A stretch of 64,000 nt of DNA from positions 12,252 through 76,251 of the forward strand of contig CAZABW010000003.1 in the NCBI GenBank assembly GCA_964483655.1. The letters run 5' to 3'. Below the pieces are notes generated by a model. It did no database searches, was not told the DNA's origin, and worked only from the letters and a program-made list of their open reading frames with translations. The translations under genes and the position numbers were made by a program. The first letter of the stretch is position 1. Every line of letters begins with the position of its first letter. This DNA is from an uncultured Candidatus Izemoplasmatales bacterium (GTDB lineage Bacteria > Bacillota_I > Bacilli_A > Izemoplasmatales > Hujiaoplasmataceae). Shown here piece by piece: positions 16,788 to 26,784 of this stretch.

Positions 16788-19096
16788 AAGTCGCATCGAA
16801 GCAACACGCATCGATAGATGGACTTGGTATTCTTTTAGGACGTCCTGCCTTTACAGACGATCTCATCGAAGCCAATGCCTTAACGATTGTTGTGAAACGT
16901 TCTCCTCATGCTTATGCACGGATCAAGCAAATTAACACGCTACCTGCAGAAACAATGCCCGGAGTAGAAGCCATTCTCACAAAAGCTGATTTTGCTCGCA
17001 TCGCTTATACTCGTGCTGGACAAGGATATCCAGAACCCTCTCCTCATGATAAATTTGTTTTCGATGATTATGTTCGATATATTGGGGATGAAGTGTGTGC
17101 GGTCGCTGCTATCAATCGTGAAATTGCTCAAGCAGCGGTTGACGCCATTGAAGTAGAATATGAAGTGTTACCTTCCGTCCTTGACTTTGAAAAAGCCATT
17201 GACCATCTCTGTGTCATTCATCCGGAAGAGGATATTTATGAAATGTTTCCCATTGGCTTTGAACCGAAACGAAACATCGCTGCCAGTTATCATATGCACA
17301 TTGGCAACGTGGAAGAAACGTTGGCTCAAAGTGAGATTGTCGTGGAAGAAACGTTCTATACCCAAGCCCAAGCTCACGCTATGATGGAACCCCATGCATG
17401 TAACGCGAGACTCGATTATTTAAATCGTTTAGTCGTCTATTCTACAACACAGACCCCTTTCCATGTACGGCGGATTATCGCGCAAGTTTTAGAGATGCCG
17501 TTGTCTCGTGTTCGTGTCATTAAACCTCGGGTAGGAGGTGGATTTGGGGGAAAACAAGCGATTCATGGGGACATTATTTGTGCCAAAATGACATTAAAGA
17601 CGGGAAAACCAACAAGATTAGTTTACACGCGAAAAGAGGTCTTTGAAGCGACCTATTCTCGTCATCCAATGAAAATCACGATGAAACTTGGTTCTAGTAA
17701 AGAGGGAGTTTTAGAGGCCATCGATTGTCATATTTTAAGTGACACAGGTGCCTATGGAGAACACGCTTTAACGGTCTTTATGGTGGCTGGTTCAAAGGTT
17801 TTACCCCTTTATAATAAAGTCAAGTCCGTTCGCTTTCATGGGAAAGTGGTCTATACCAATAAAACACCTGCAGGAGCATTTCGGGGATATGGAGCGATTC
17901 AAGGGAATTTCGCATTAGAATCGAGTATTGATATCATCGCAAAGAAATGTGGACTTTCCCCCATCGAGTTCCGCAAGAAAAATATGATGTTAGAACAGGA
18001 AACATCCCCAATCTTTGCGATTATGGGAGAAGGCACTGAAGGAACTGCCATGACGATGGAGACCTGTAAATTACCAGAGTGTATACAACGAGGTCACATT
18101 CTTATGGGATGGGATCAACCAAAAACCATTCCCCCCTATCCATACAAACGAGGAAGAGGAATGGCGATTGCGATGCAAGGGTCAGGAATTCCCTACATTG
18201 ATATGGGATCCGCTACGATTAAGTTAAATGATGATGGATTCTTTAACCTCTTAATTGGAGCGACAGAGATTGGCCAAGGAAGTGATACGGTCTTAGCTCA
18301 AATTGCGGCGGAAGGTTTGGAAACGTCTTTAGAGAATATTATCGTTTATTCCTCGGATTCCGATCTCACCCCATTTGATACAGGGGCGTATGCTTCCTCC
18401 ACCACGTATGTTTCAGGCAATGCAGTCCTGCAAGCTGCCCAAACAATGAAAAAACAATTGATCCATGAAGCTGCATTGGTCTTAGAGTGTGAGGATCAAC
18501 AAGTTCAATATGATGGCACCGTCTTTGTGAATCAAAGCAATCAAAATCAGATTACATTGAAAGAACTATCCTCCCGATTGTATTACAACCATGGTCAAAA
18601 ACAATTGATGGTTACGGAATCTTATGTAGGTCATAAATCCCCTCCGCCATTCATGGCTGGATTTTGTGAAGTATTAATCGACACGCAAACAGGTCATATC
18701 CAAGTCGAAAAATATACGAGCGTAGTCGATTGCGGCACCGTCATCAATCCGATGTTAGCGAGAGGACAAGTCGAAGGAGCGATACTCCAAGGAATGGGGA
18801 TGACGCTCTATGAGGAAGCAAATCGGAATGCCAGTGGAAAATTAATCGAAAATGATTTCTTACATTACCGGATTCCCACTCGAAAAGAACTTCCAACCTT
18901 ACTCACAGAGTTTATTGATAGTTATGAACCGTCTGGTCCTTATGGAGCGAAATCGGTTGGGGAAATCGGGATTGATACGCCTCCCGCAGCGATTGCCAAT
19001 GCCATCGAAGATGCGCTTGGCATTCGCTTAACAACATTACCTTTTAGCGCAGAAAAAATTTATTTCGCACTTCAATCAAAGGAGAAAAATCTATGA
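16784..19096 (+). CDS. molybdopterin-binding large subunit, xanthine dehydrogenase family (split XdhD-like)
   Basis: 770 aa with RVGGGFGGK, GAFRGYG and the C-terminal catalytic-Glu motif YGAKSVGEIG. Confidence 0.85.
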   Translation: MKVASKQHASIDGLGILLGRPAFTDDLIEANALTIVVKRSPHAYARIKQINTLPAETMPGVEAILTKADFARIAYTRAGQGYPEPSPHDKFVFDDYVRYIGDEVCAVAAINREIAQAAVDAIEVEYEVLPSVLDFEKAIDHLCVIHPEEDIYEMFPIGFEPKRNIAASYHMHIGNVEETLAQSEIVVEETFYTQAQAHAMMEPHACNARLDYLNRLVVYSTTQTPFHVRRIIAQVLEMPLSRVRVIKPRVGGGFGGKQAIHGDIICAKMTLKTGKPTRLVYTRKEVFEATYSRHPMKITMKLGSSKEGVLEAIDCHILSDTGAYGEHALTVFMVAGSKVLPLYNKVKSVRFHGKVVYTNKTPAGAFRGYGAIQGNFALESSIDIIAKKCGLSPIEFRKKNMMLEQETSPIFAIMGEGTEGTAMTMETCKLPECIQRGHILMGWDQPKTIPPYPYKRGRGMAIAMQGSGIPYIDMGSATIKLNDDGFFNLLIGATEIGQGSDTVLAQIAAEGLETSLENIIVYSSDSDLTPFDTGAYASSTTYVSGNAVLQAAQTMKKQLIHEAALVLECEDQQVQYDGTVFVNQSNQNQITLKELSSRLYYNHGQKQLMVTESYVGHKSPPPFMAGFCEVLIDTQTGHIQVEKYTSVVDCGTVINPMLARGQVEGAILQGMGMTLYEEANRNASGKLIENDFLHYRIPTRKELPTLLTEFIDSYEPSGPYGAKSVGEIGIDTPPAAIANAIEDALGIRLTTLPFSAEKIYFALQSKEKNL

Positions 19097-19728
19097 AAAA
19101 ACATCTATCTCTTATTCTTACTATCGTCTTTTTTGGTTCCATTTGGGGAATCATTGAAGCCACGATTGGGTATGTGCTTCATCTCGGGTTTGTTCCCCCC
19201 TTCCTAGCAGGAAGTCTGTTATTTCCTTTTGCCATGCTACTCTTATCAAAAGCATATCAAGTAACTCAAAATCGACTCTCTGTTGTAGGGATTGGCGTGA
19301 TTGCGGCCTTGATCAAAGGGGTGAATCTATTCTTCCCTTATACGAACGTTTTTAAAATCATCAATCCGATGATTATGATTGTGATGGAAAGTCTTCTTGT
19401 GTTCGTAGTCATTCAAGCTTTTCAAAAAGCATCTTGGCCCAAAAAGGTCGGCTATCTTCTTTTCGCTTCGATTGGATGGAGACTGCTCATGTGCCTTTAC
19501 TTTGGTGTTCAAACGTTGTTGAACCCCAGTTCCGTCGCATTTCAAATTCGTAGTTTCACGAATTTCATCCAATTCACAGTTCTCGAGGGGGGTATTTCAA
19601 GTCTTTTAGCACTCGGTCTGCTCGTGATTGATCATCGACTCCCTGTTCAAAAATGGAATTTTAGTAAGTCCTGGATTCTATCCCCCGCTGTCTTTGCATT
19701 TGCTATCATTTTAACGATACTGTTGTGA
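19093..19728 (+). CDS. uncharacterised 6-TM membrane protein embedded in the hydroxylase operon
   Basis: 211 aa, hydrophobic throughout. ATGA overlap with the Mo subunit, and its stop overlaps or abuts the xdhC-like start. I recognise no motif. Confidence 0.6.
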   Translation: MKKHLSLILTIVFFGSIWGIIEATIGYVLHLGFVPPFLAGSLLFPFAMLLLSKAYQVTQNRLSVVGIGVIAALIKGVNLFFPYTNVFKIINPMIMIVMESLLVFVVIQAFQKASWPKKVGYLLFASIGWRLLMCLYFGVQTLLNPSSVAFQIRSFTNFIQFTVLEGGISSLLALGLLVIDHRLPVQKWNFSKSWILSPAVFAFAIILTILL

Positions 19729-19736
19729 GGGATGCA

Positions 19737-20573
19737 ATGAATGCATTCATGGAGTCATTATATCAGTGGCAAAAAGAAGGACTCGGAGTGGTCATGATTA
19801 GTGTGGTTAAAAAACAGGGAGAAGGCCCAGTAGAAGTCGGTAAAAAACTCATTATCAATGAACTCCATCAAATGGTGGGTACCGTTGGGGGAGGAGCTTT
19901 GGAATACCGAGCCGTTGAAGAAGCGAAAATAATATTGAAAACCAAACAACCAAAACTGGAAACCTATCTCTTACATGAGGGAAAAGTGTATGCTGATCAA
20001 GTGACACTTCCGATGGTATGTGGGGGGGAAGTGAGTTTGTTTTATGAATACATGGGTCACCAAGCTCGCGTGTATTTATTTGGGGCGGGTCATGTGGCGA
20101 AAGCTACCGCAAAGATTTTAAAAACTTTACCCTTTCATATTACCGTGATTGATGATCGTCATGAGGTGATTCAAGGGTTTGAAGATTGTGATCAAGCCGT
20201 TGAAATGGCGTTTGTTCCATTTATTGAGACGATTGGAATCAAGGAAGATGCTTATGTAGTGGTTTGTACACCCAGTCATCAATATGATTATCATGTGATA
20301 AATAAAGTGTTAGAAAAGCAAATCAAACTGCGCTACATCGGGATGCTTTGTTCCCCCGCAAAACTCGCCGATTATTTGGAAAAAACAAAAGCACAGTTTG
20401 GTCCCTCGGTGGATTTAAGCCATTTTTATTCCCCGATTGGCTTAGATTTAGGAGGAGGGTCTCCCGCTGAGATTGCGATTTCAATCACCTCTGAAATCTT
20501 AGCAATTCATCATCAACGCAGCACTCTACGTCATATGCGAGAAAATCTCCATGATTCACTTCGTTACTGGTAA
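19737..20573 (+). CDS. XdhC/CoxI-family molybdenum-cofactor insertion/maturation protein (YqeB-like role)
   Basis: GGGALEYRA in the N-domain and a Rossmann-like LFGAGHVAKA in the C-domain. ATG at 19737 follows gtgaggg; an alternative GTG at 19725 would overlap the upstream stop. Confidence 0.75.
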   Translation: MNAFMESLYQWQKEGLGVVMISVVKKQGEGPVEVGKKLIINELHQMVGTVGGGALEYRAVEEAKIILKTKQPKLETYLLHEGKVYADQVTLPMVCGGEVSLFYEYMGHQARVYLFGAGHVAKATAKILKTLPFHITVIDDRHEVIQGFEDCDQAVEMAFVPFIETIGIKEDAYVVVCTPSHQYDYHVINKVLEKQIKLRYIGMLCSPAKLADYLEKTKAQFGPSVDLSHFYSPIGLDLGGGSPAEIAISITSEILAIHHQRSTLRHMRENLHDSLRYW

Positions 20574-21021
20574 GATTAACTCGGGGAAGACCACCCGACT
20601 CGTTGAACTTTATGAGCGTGATCAATTAGGGGATGGATTTATCGCTTTTAAAGTGATGAAAGGTCATCTTGTGGAACGGTATGATGCACGACAACTCTCT
20701 TCTCATGAAACGTTTCCTTATGTGATTCGTGATCAATTCGATACGGGAACGAAACCAATCCTTTGTCAAATTGGTCCTTACCGCTTTTATGAAGAAGCAA
20801 TCCGTCGGATTGAACGAGAAGTTCGACGGATGATTGAATACTCGATTGAACCGATTTATTTAGATGAAATCGGGATGTTAGAAATTCAAAAACAAGGCTT
20901 CTATTCCATTTTTCAGGAAATGGTCGATTCCCATTTAGATTGTGTGGTGTCTGCTCGACACGACTTAATTCCTCAAATTGTCGAAACGTTTCATATCAAG
21001 CAGTATAAAATCCTCTCTTAA
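20551..21021 (+). CDS. small P-loop NTPase (THEP1/DUF2478-like)
   Basis: 156 aa with Walker A GKINSGKT at residues 7-14 and Walker B IYLDEIG. 23-nt overlap with the xdhC-like gene. Confidence 0.6.
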   Translation: MIHFVTGKINSGKTTRLVELYERDQLGDGFIAFKVMKGHLVERYDARQLSSHETFPYVIRDQFDTGTKPILCQIGPYRFYEEAIRRIEREVRRMIEYSIEPIYLDEIGMLEIQKQGFYSIFQEMVDSHLDCVVSARHDLIPQIVETFHIKQYKILS

Positions 21022-21032
21022 AGGAGACACTT

Positions 21033-22322
21033 ATGTTTGATTCGGTGATTCGAAATGGGTTATGCTGGGTAAACCAAGCATTTATACCTACTCATGTATA
21101 TGTGAAGGATGGCAAAATTGCCAAACTCTCATCCACGGATTTCGAAGCGAAAACAGCCGTGGACGCGTCTGGATTTTTTGTCATTCCTGGCTTAATTGAT
21201 CCGCATACACATTTTGGATTAGTAGGTAAGAATCAAATCAGTAGTGAAGGATTCCATGAAGGGACCAAGAAAGCTCTTCGGGGGGGGATGACCACAATCA
21301 TCGATTTCTTAGAACCCAGTCAAAGTGTGAATGACATTCTGCAAGCTTTCCACATGCGCAAAGAAGCTGCGATGCATTCTCATTGTGATTACACCTTTCA
21401 TGCATGTTTGAAAGAACCCCAGGATTCTTTAGAGTCCATCGTTGAAACCGTTTCACGATTATCACTGAAAAGCATCAAAGTTTTCACAACCTATTCAGAA
21501 AGCAATCGCCAAATCAGTGATCCAAGTTTATATCAGTTATTAAAAGCGACGAAAGCGAAAGATATTCTCGTCACTGCTCATATTGAGAATGATGAACTCA
21601 TCATCAAAGATCCTATGCTTCCCTATCCGATGTTAGGACAGAGTCGCCCGACTCAAGCCGAAACCTTGGAAGCTTTAAAATTAGCTTCTTATGTCAAACA
21701 AACCCAAAGTCAGTTGTATATGGTTCATGTCTCTTCGGGTCAAACAGTCGTCGAATTGATAAAAAAGTATCCCGAACTCATCCATTCTTCGTTTCATCTT
21801 GAATCTTGTCCCCACTATTTTACGTTTCATGATTCCGTGTACACGAAGCCAAACGGATATTTATATGTCATGGCACCGCCCTTACGGAGCCCGTTGGAAC
21901 AGGAACTACTGATTCAAAATTTCCCTTCCATTGAAACGATTGGGACCGATCATTGTCATTATCCCGCTGAAACCAAACATAAAACCCATTTAGCAGAGAT
22001 TCCCTACGGTGTGGGGGGGATTGAACATAGTTTCGCAATGCTTTACACTCAGTTTGGAAACCAGGTGATTGACAAGATGAGCCGCCATGTGGCGAAGTTG
22101 TTTGGACTCCAACGAAAAGGTCAAATTGCAGAGGGGTTTGATGCCGATTTGGTGTTGTTTCAAAAAATCGACCCTACACCCATTCGATCATCAGAAGAAG
22201 ACATCTATGCGGGTCAAAGTGTCAATATCAAAATCCAACAAACGATATTACGGGGCATCACAGTCATGAAAGATGGTCGTGTAAATCCCCATAAAGGACA
22301 GTTTATTGGAGGGATGCGATGA
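21033..22322 (+). CDS. cyclic amidohydrolase, dihydropyrimidinase/hydantoinase family (HyuA-like)
   Basis: DPHTHF metal motif, SIKVFTTY (position of the carbamylated Lys), GTDH; 429 aa. Confidence 0.75.
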   Translation: MFDSVIRNGLCWVNQAFIPTHVYVKDGKIAKLSSTDFEAKTAVDASGFFVIPGLIDPHTHFGLVGKNQISSEGFHEGTKKALRGGMTTIIDFLEPSQSVNDILQAFHMRKEAAMHSHCDYTFHACLKEPQDSLESIVETVSRLSLKSIKVFTTYSESNRQISDPSLYQLLKATKAKDILVTAHIENDELIIKDPMLPYPMLGQSRPTQAETLEALKLASYVKQTQSQLYMVHVSSGQTVVELIKKYPELIHSSFHLESCPHYFTFHDSVYTKPNGYLYVMAPPLRSPLEQELLIQNFPSIETIGTDHCHYPAETKHKTHLAEIPYGVGGIEHSFAMLYTQFGNQVIDKMSRHVAKLFGLQRKGQIAEGFDADLVLFQKIDPTPIRSSEEDIYAGQSVNIKIQQTILRGITVMKDGRVNPHKGQFIGGMR

Positions 22323-23632
22323 AGACGCTCATTCATGCGACAAGCTATGATTTTGCTCAATATAAGGAAGATCAATATATTACATTTGATGAAACCATTC
22401 TTTCAACTGGACTAATGAAGGACTATATCCCTCAGGGAGAAGAAACCATCGATTGTCAAGGACACCTTGTGTTACCAGGTTTTTGTTTACTCCATACCCA
22501 TATTTACTCCACATTTGCTAGAGGGTTGGTGTTGCCCACCCAGATTAAAACATTTCAAGATACCTTAGATCAAATTTGGTGGAAACTTGATCGCAATTTA
22601 GACCTGTCGATGGTCTATCATAGTGGCATTGTTTTTGCCCATCAAGCCTTACGCCATGGGATTACAACCCTGTTTGATCATCATGCGTCTGGTGCGATTT
22701 TAGGAAGTTTAGATGCTTTGAACCAAGCGGTAGTGAAAACGGCTGGGATGCGTGGATGCTTTTGTTTTGAAACTTCCGATCGTTTTTCAATTCCTGAATG
22801 TATCGAAGAGAATCAGACGTTCTATCAACGTCATCAAGATGCTTTCTCTCGAGGAATGTTTGGACTTCACTCCTCCCTTTCTTTATCAGATGAAACCCTT
22901 TTAGAAGTGAAAAAACAATTACGGGAGATGCCCATTCATATTCATGTGGCGGAGTCTTCTTATGAACAAGCCATGGCGCAACATCATCATCACAAACGAG
23001 CTGTAGAACGCTTAGAAGAGTTTTCCCTCATTCAACCCCATTCGCTTTTAGTTCATGGATTATTCTTAAGCGAGAATGAGAAAAAAATTCTAAAACATAG
23101 ACAGGCTCATGTGGTTGTGAATCCGACATCGAATCAAAACAATGGGGTTGGCTTTCCGACGCCAATCGAATTAAACAATGAGGGCATTCCTGTATTGATT
23201 GGGAATGATGGAATGTCTCAAGCGATAACCCCAGAATATAAATCGTTATATCTTCTCACCAAATTAAAACATTTTTCTCCTGAAGCCTATTCATTGGACG
23301 ATTTGAAATCTTCGATTATTCAAGGATATGCTTATACCAGCCAGTGTTTTAACATTCAAGTTGGACGAATTCAGAGCGGGTATCACAGTGATTTGCAAAT
23401 CATTCCCTATGATTATCCCACGCCGTTGAATCAAGAAAATATCATGGGACATCTCGTCTATGGCATGTTTGATGATTGGCGCCCTCGTGATGTCCTCATT
23501 CAGGGAATCTTTCGTCTCAGAAACGGACAAAACGAGGTTTTATTAGAAACGCTCTATCACCAAGCAAAAGCAAGCGCAGTTGCTTGTTGGAATAAAATCA
23601 AGGAGGATCATCATGCTAACGACGAAATTTGA
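22319..23632 (+). CDS. ssnA: SsnA-like aminohydrolase (amidohydrolase superfamily)
   Basis: 437 aa with LLHTHIYS metal motif, HVAES and a C-terminal GNDG; size and context match SsnA of the E. coli ygf region. Confidence 0.65.
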   Translation: MKTLIHATSYDFAQYKEDQYITFDETILSTGLMKDYIPQGEETIDCQGHLVLPGFCLLHTHIYSTFARGLVLPTQIKTFQDTLDQIWWKLDRNLDLSMVYHSGIVFAHQALRHGITTLFDHHASGAILGSLDALNQAVVKTAGMRGCFCFETSDRFSIPECIEENQTFYQRHQDAFSRGMFGLHSSLSLSDETLLEVKKQLREMPIHIHVAESSYEQAMAQHHHHKRAVERLEEFSLIQPHSLLVHGLFLSENEKKILKHRQAHVVVNPTSNQNNGVGFPTPIELNNEGIPVLIGNDGMSQAITPEYKSLYLLTKLKHFSPEAYSLDDLKSSIIQGYAYTSQCFNIQVGRIQSGYHSDLQIIPYDYPTPLNQENIMGHLVYGMFDDWRPRDVLIQGIFRLRNGQNEVLLETLYHQAKASAVACWNKIKEDHHANDEI

Positions 23633-24704
23633 TGGATTCATATTACAAAACCCTTTGCTTCCGGCTTCAGGACCCTTAACAGGAGATGTTGAGAAACTCC
23701 TTTTCTTACAAAATGCAGGATGTGGAGCGTTAGTTACGAAAACCATCTCGACTGCATCTCCTCATATTCCGAAACCATCGATTTATGGAGATAAAGAGTA
23801 TGTTTTTAACTCTGAGTTATGGTCTGAAGTCGATTATCAAACATGGATTGATGAATATCTACCTGCTTTAGTCAAGCAGAAGAATCGCCCTCTCATCGTG
23901 AGTGTTGGGTATTCGAAAGAAGATATGGCGTTTTTAATTCCCAAACTTGATCCGTTTGCGGATGCTTTCGAAATTTCCACTCATTATGTCGGGATTGACT
24001 TATCTGTGATTGAAGCGATTGTAAAAACGATTCGTGCTCACACAGCCAAACCGATTTATATGAAGATTAGTCCCCATATTCCTTCCGTTGAAGCATTTGC
24101 AAAAGTGATTGAACAAGCTGGGGCGAATGGAATTGTGGCGATTAACTCCTTAGGACCTTCGATGAAAATCAACGTGAAGACTCGTTCGATTGAATATGCA
24201 TCAGACCACCATTTTGTTTGGATGAGTGGACCGGTCATCAAACCCATCGCATTAGCAACGGTGTATCGGATTAAACAGGCTTGTCCGAATTTAACTGTTA
24301 TTGGGGTTGGCGGGATTAAATCCGCTGAAGATGTCTTAGAATTTATCCTTGCTGGGGCGGATGCCGTGCAGATGCTCTCTGCTGCACTGATCAAGGGAAA
24401 AGGACTTTATAAAAAAATCATCAAAGATTTACTCCCGACGATGGAACTTCATGGGTTTCACTCCATGGATGAAGTGAAACAAGCTCGTCTTTCACAACGA
24501 CTTTCCTACGAGGGGGTTGTCCCTACCTTAGTCGAAGAAGAATGTATTCGCTGTATGTTGTGTAAGGAAGTCTGCCCTTATTATGCAATTTCCTATTCCA
24601 GCAAGATAGAAATTGACCCACTGATTTGTGCGCGATGTGGGTTGTGTGTGAGTAAGTGTCCGACCCATGCGTTAAAGGGGTATTATGATGAAATCAAAGA
24701 GTAA
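23613..24704 (+). CDS. PreA/dihydroorotate-dehydrogenase-like flavoprotein with a C-terminal 2x[4Fe-4S] domain
   Basis: N-terminal NPLLPASGPL and GVGGI TIM-barrel flavin motifs. C-terminal CIRCMLCKEVCP and CARCGLCVSKCP. Confidence 0.7.
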   Translation: MLTTKFDGFILQNPLLPASGPLTGDVEKLLFLQNAGCGALVTKTISTASPHIPKPSIYGDKEYVFNSELWSEVDYQTWIDEYLPALVKQKNRPLIVSVGYSKEDMAFLIPKLDPFADAFEISTHYVGIDLSVIEAIVKTIRAHTAKPIYMKISPHIPSVEAFAKVIEQAGANGIVAINSLGPSMKINVKTRSIEYASDHHFVWMSGPVIKPIALATVYRIKQACPNLTVIGVGGIKSAEDVLEFILAGADAVQMLSAALIKGKGLYKKIIKDLLPTMELHGFHSMDEVKQARLSQRLSYEGVVPTLVEEECIRCMLCKEVCPYYAISYSSKIEIDPLICARCGLCVSKCPTHALKGYYDEIKE

Positions 24705-26784
24705 TATTAGCGATTCCATTCCAAAACGGGACGCCTCGAGTAAAATCAAAGGACAAGCGAAGTATGTTGGCGATCTCGTCATGGATGGGATGCTCTACGC
24801 GAAGACCCTTCGATCGACGCAAGCTCACGCTCGCTTTACCTGTCATTACCCTTCTTTGCCGGAAGGGTATTTCATCGTCGATGAACAAGATGTTGTGGGT
24901 ACGAACATTGTTAAGATTATATATGATGACATGCCATTTTTTGCTTCTCAAGTTGTTCGTCATGTTGGCGAGCCAATCGCTTTAGTCATTGGCAAAGACA
25001 AGGAAGTCATTTTATCTATTCTTGCCCAAATTCAAGTCACGTATGAAGAACTCCCGGCTGTGTTTGAATGGACCCATTCTGTGGTCCACTATCAATTTCA
25101 AAAAGGAAACCCTGAGTTCGTTTTTTCTCAAGCACATGCCGTTTTTGAACGAACGTATCAAACGGACTATCAAGAACAAGCATACATTGAACCGCAAGGG
25201 ATGCTGGCATATCCGGAAGGAGACAAAATTACCCTGACAGGGTCCATCCAATGCCCGTATTATGTGAAAAACGCATGTCTCCAAGCATTGGGTTGTGAAG
25301 AACATCTTGTTCGTGTCATCCAAGCGGAGGTAGGAGGAGCATTTGGAGGGAAAGAGGAATATCCTTCCATCATTGCTTGTCAACTAGCTACGGCGGTTCA
25401 TAAAATAAAACAGCCGATCCAATTGTTGTTTGAACGAGAAGAAGACATCCTTTCAAGTACCAAACGACATCCCTCAAAGACGACAATGAAAGCTTATTTA
25501 GATGCTTCGAACCAATTGCTTGGACTTGAGGTTCATGTTGGCTTGGATGGGGGGGCGTATATTGGTTTATCTGGCGTTGTTTTAAGTCGCGCTATGATTA
25601 TATCCAGCGGCGTGTACACCATTGCCAACTTAAAAGTAAGTGGCGATGTTTACCAAACGAATACTGTTCCTACAGGAGCATTTCGGGGGTTTGGGGCCCC
25701 GCAAATGGTCTTTGCCATTGAGATGTTTATGGCTCATCTAGCAAAACACCTACATCAAGATATCGATGATTTTAAATATAAGTATTTAGCCAAACAGGGC
25801 GATAAAACATCTACGAGTGGCACGTATCGTGATCCCATTATTTTACCAGACTTAATCCAACAAGCCAAAATCTTAGCGGATTATGATCGTAAGAAAAGAG
25901 ACTACAACTTTTATCCCAAGGGTCATGGCATTGGGATGAGTTTAGTCTACCATGGATGTGGATTCACTGGAAGTGGAGAAGCAAAGCATATCCACGCAAA
26001 GGTACGTTTAGAAAAAGATGAATTCGATGATGTCTGGATTTATACAGCAGCTGTTGATATGGGTCAAGGGATTAAAACAACTTTACCCAAAATAGTCAGT
26101 CATATCTTAAATCGACCCTATGAAACGATTCATTTTGATGCGCCAGATACCGACTTTGTTCCCGATTCTGGACCAACTGTCGCTTCACGAACCACCATGA
26201 TTGTAGGAGGATTGGTGGCTCAAGCCGCAAAAGAATTACTCGATCAGTGGCAAACAGGCATCCGTCAAACAGTCGAAAAATCATATGTCCAGCCCAAGGA
26301 TATCGTTTGGGATGATGAAACCTTCCAAGGAGATGCTTATCCTGCTTATTCCTTTGGGGTTGTGATTGTGGAAGTTTTTGTCGATCCGGATACCTATCAA
26401 GTAGAAGTCAAACAAGTGTATTCGGCGTATGATATGGGGAAAGCGATTGATGAGCGAGTGGTGCTTGGTCAGATTGATGGAGGCCAACTACAAGGCATTG
26501 CCTATGGCTATCTTGAAGTAATGAATCACCAACAAGGTCGAATATTACAAAAGAATTTCACTGATTATATCATCCCCACCGCAGTCGACACGCCATCGAT
26601 GGAACGCGTGATCCTCGACAATCCTTATGCCTTTGGTCCCTATGGAGCGAAAGGAACGGGGGAGTTAACCTTAGTAGGAGGAGCGCCTGCGGTAGCGCTG
26701 GCGATTGAACAAGCGATTCAACGAGAAGTCAATCGAATCCCGATAACACCTGAACGGATTGGAGCGCTGATTCATGATGAGTAA
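24685..26784 (+). CDS. xanthine dehydrogenase molybdopterin-binding subunit (XdhA-like)
   Basis: 699 aa with EVGGAFGGKEE, GAFRGFGAPQ and YGAKGTGELT (catalytic Glu). Confidence 0.85.
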   Translation: MMKSKSNISDSIPKRDASSKIKGQAKYVGDLVMDGMLYAKTLRSTQAHARFTCHYPSLPEGYFIVDEQDVVGTNIVKIIYDDMPFFASQVVRHVGEPIALVIGKDKEVILSILAQIQVTYEELPAVFEWTHSVVHYQFQKGNPEFVFSQAHAVFERTYQTDYQEQAYIEPQGMLAYPEGDKITLTGSIQCPYYVKNACLQALGCEEHLVRVIQAEVGGAFGGKEEYPSIIACQLATAVHKIKQPIQLLFEREEDILSSTKRHPSKTTMKAYLDASNQLLGLEVHVGLDGGAYIGLSGVVLSRAMIISSGVYTIANLKVSGDVYQTNTVPTGAFRGFGAPQMVFAIEMFMAHLAKHLHQDIDDFKYKYLAKQGDKTSTSGTYRDPIILPDLIQQAKILADYDRKKRDYNFYPKGHGIGMSLVYHGCGFTGSGEAKHIHAKVRLEKDEFDDVWIYTAAVDMGQGIKTTLPKIVSHILNRPYETIHFDAPDTDFVPDSGPTVASRTTMIVGGLVAQAAKELLDQWQTGIRQTVEKSYVQPKDIVWDDETFQGDAYPAYSFGVVIVEVFVDPDTYQVEVKQVYSAYDMGKAIDERVVLGQIDGGQLQGIAYGYLEVMNHQQGRILQKNFTDYIIPTAVDTPSMERVILDNPYAFGPYGAKGTGELTLVGGAPAVALAIEQAIQREVNRIPITPERIGALIHDE

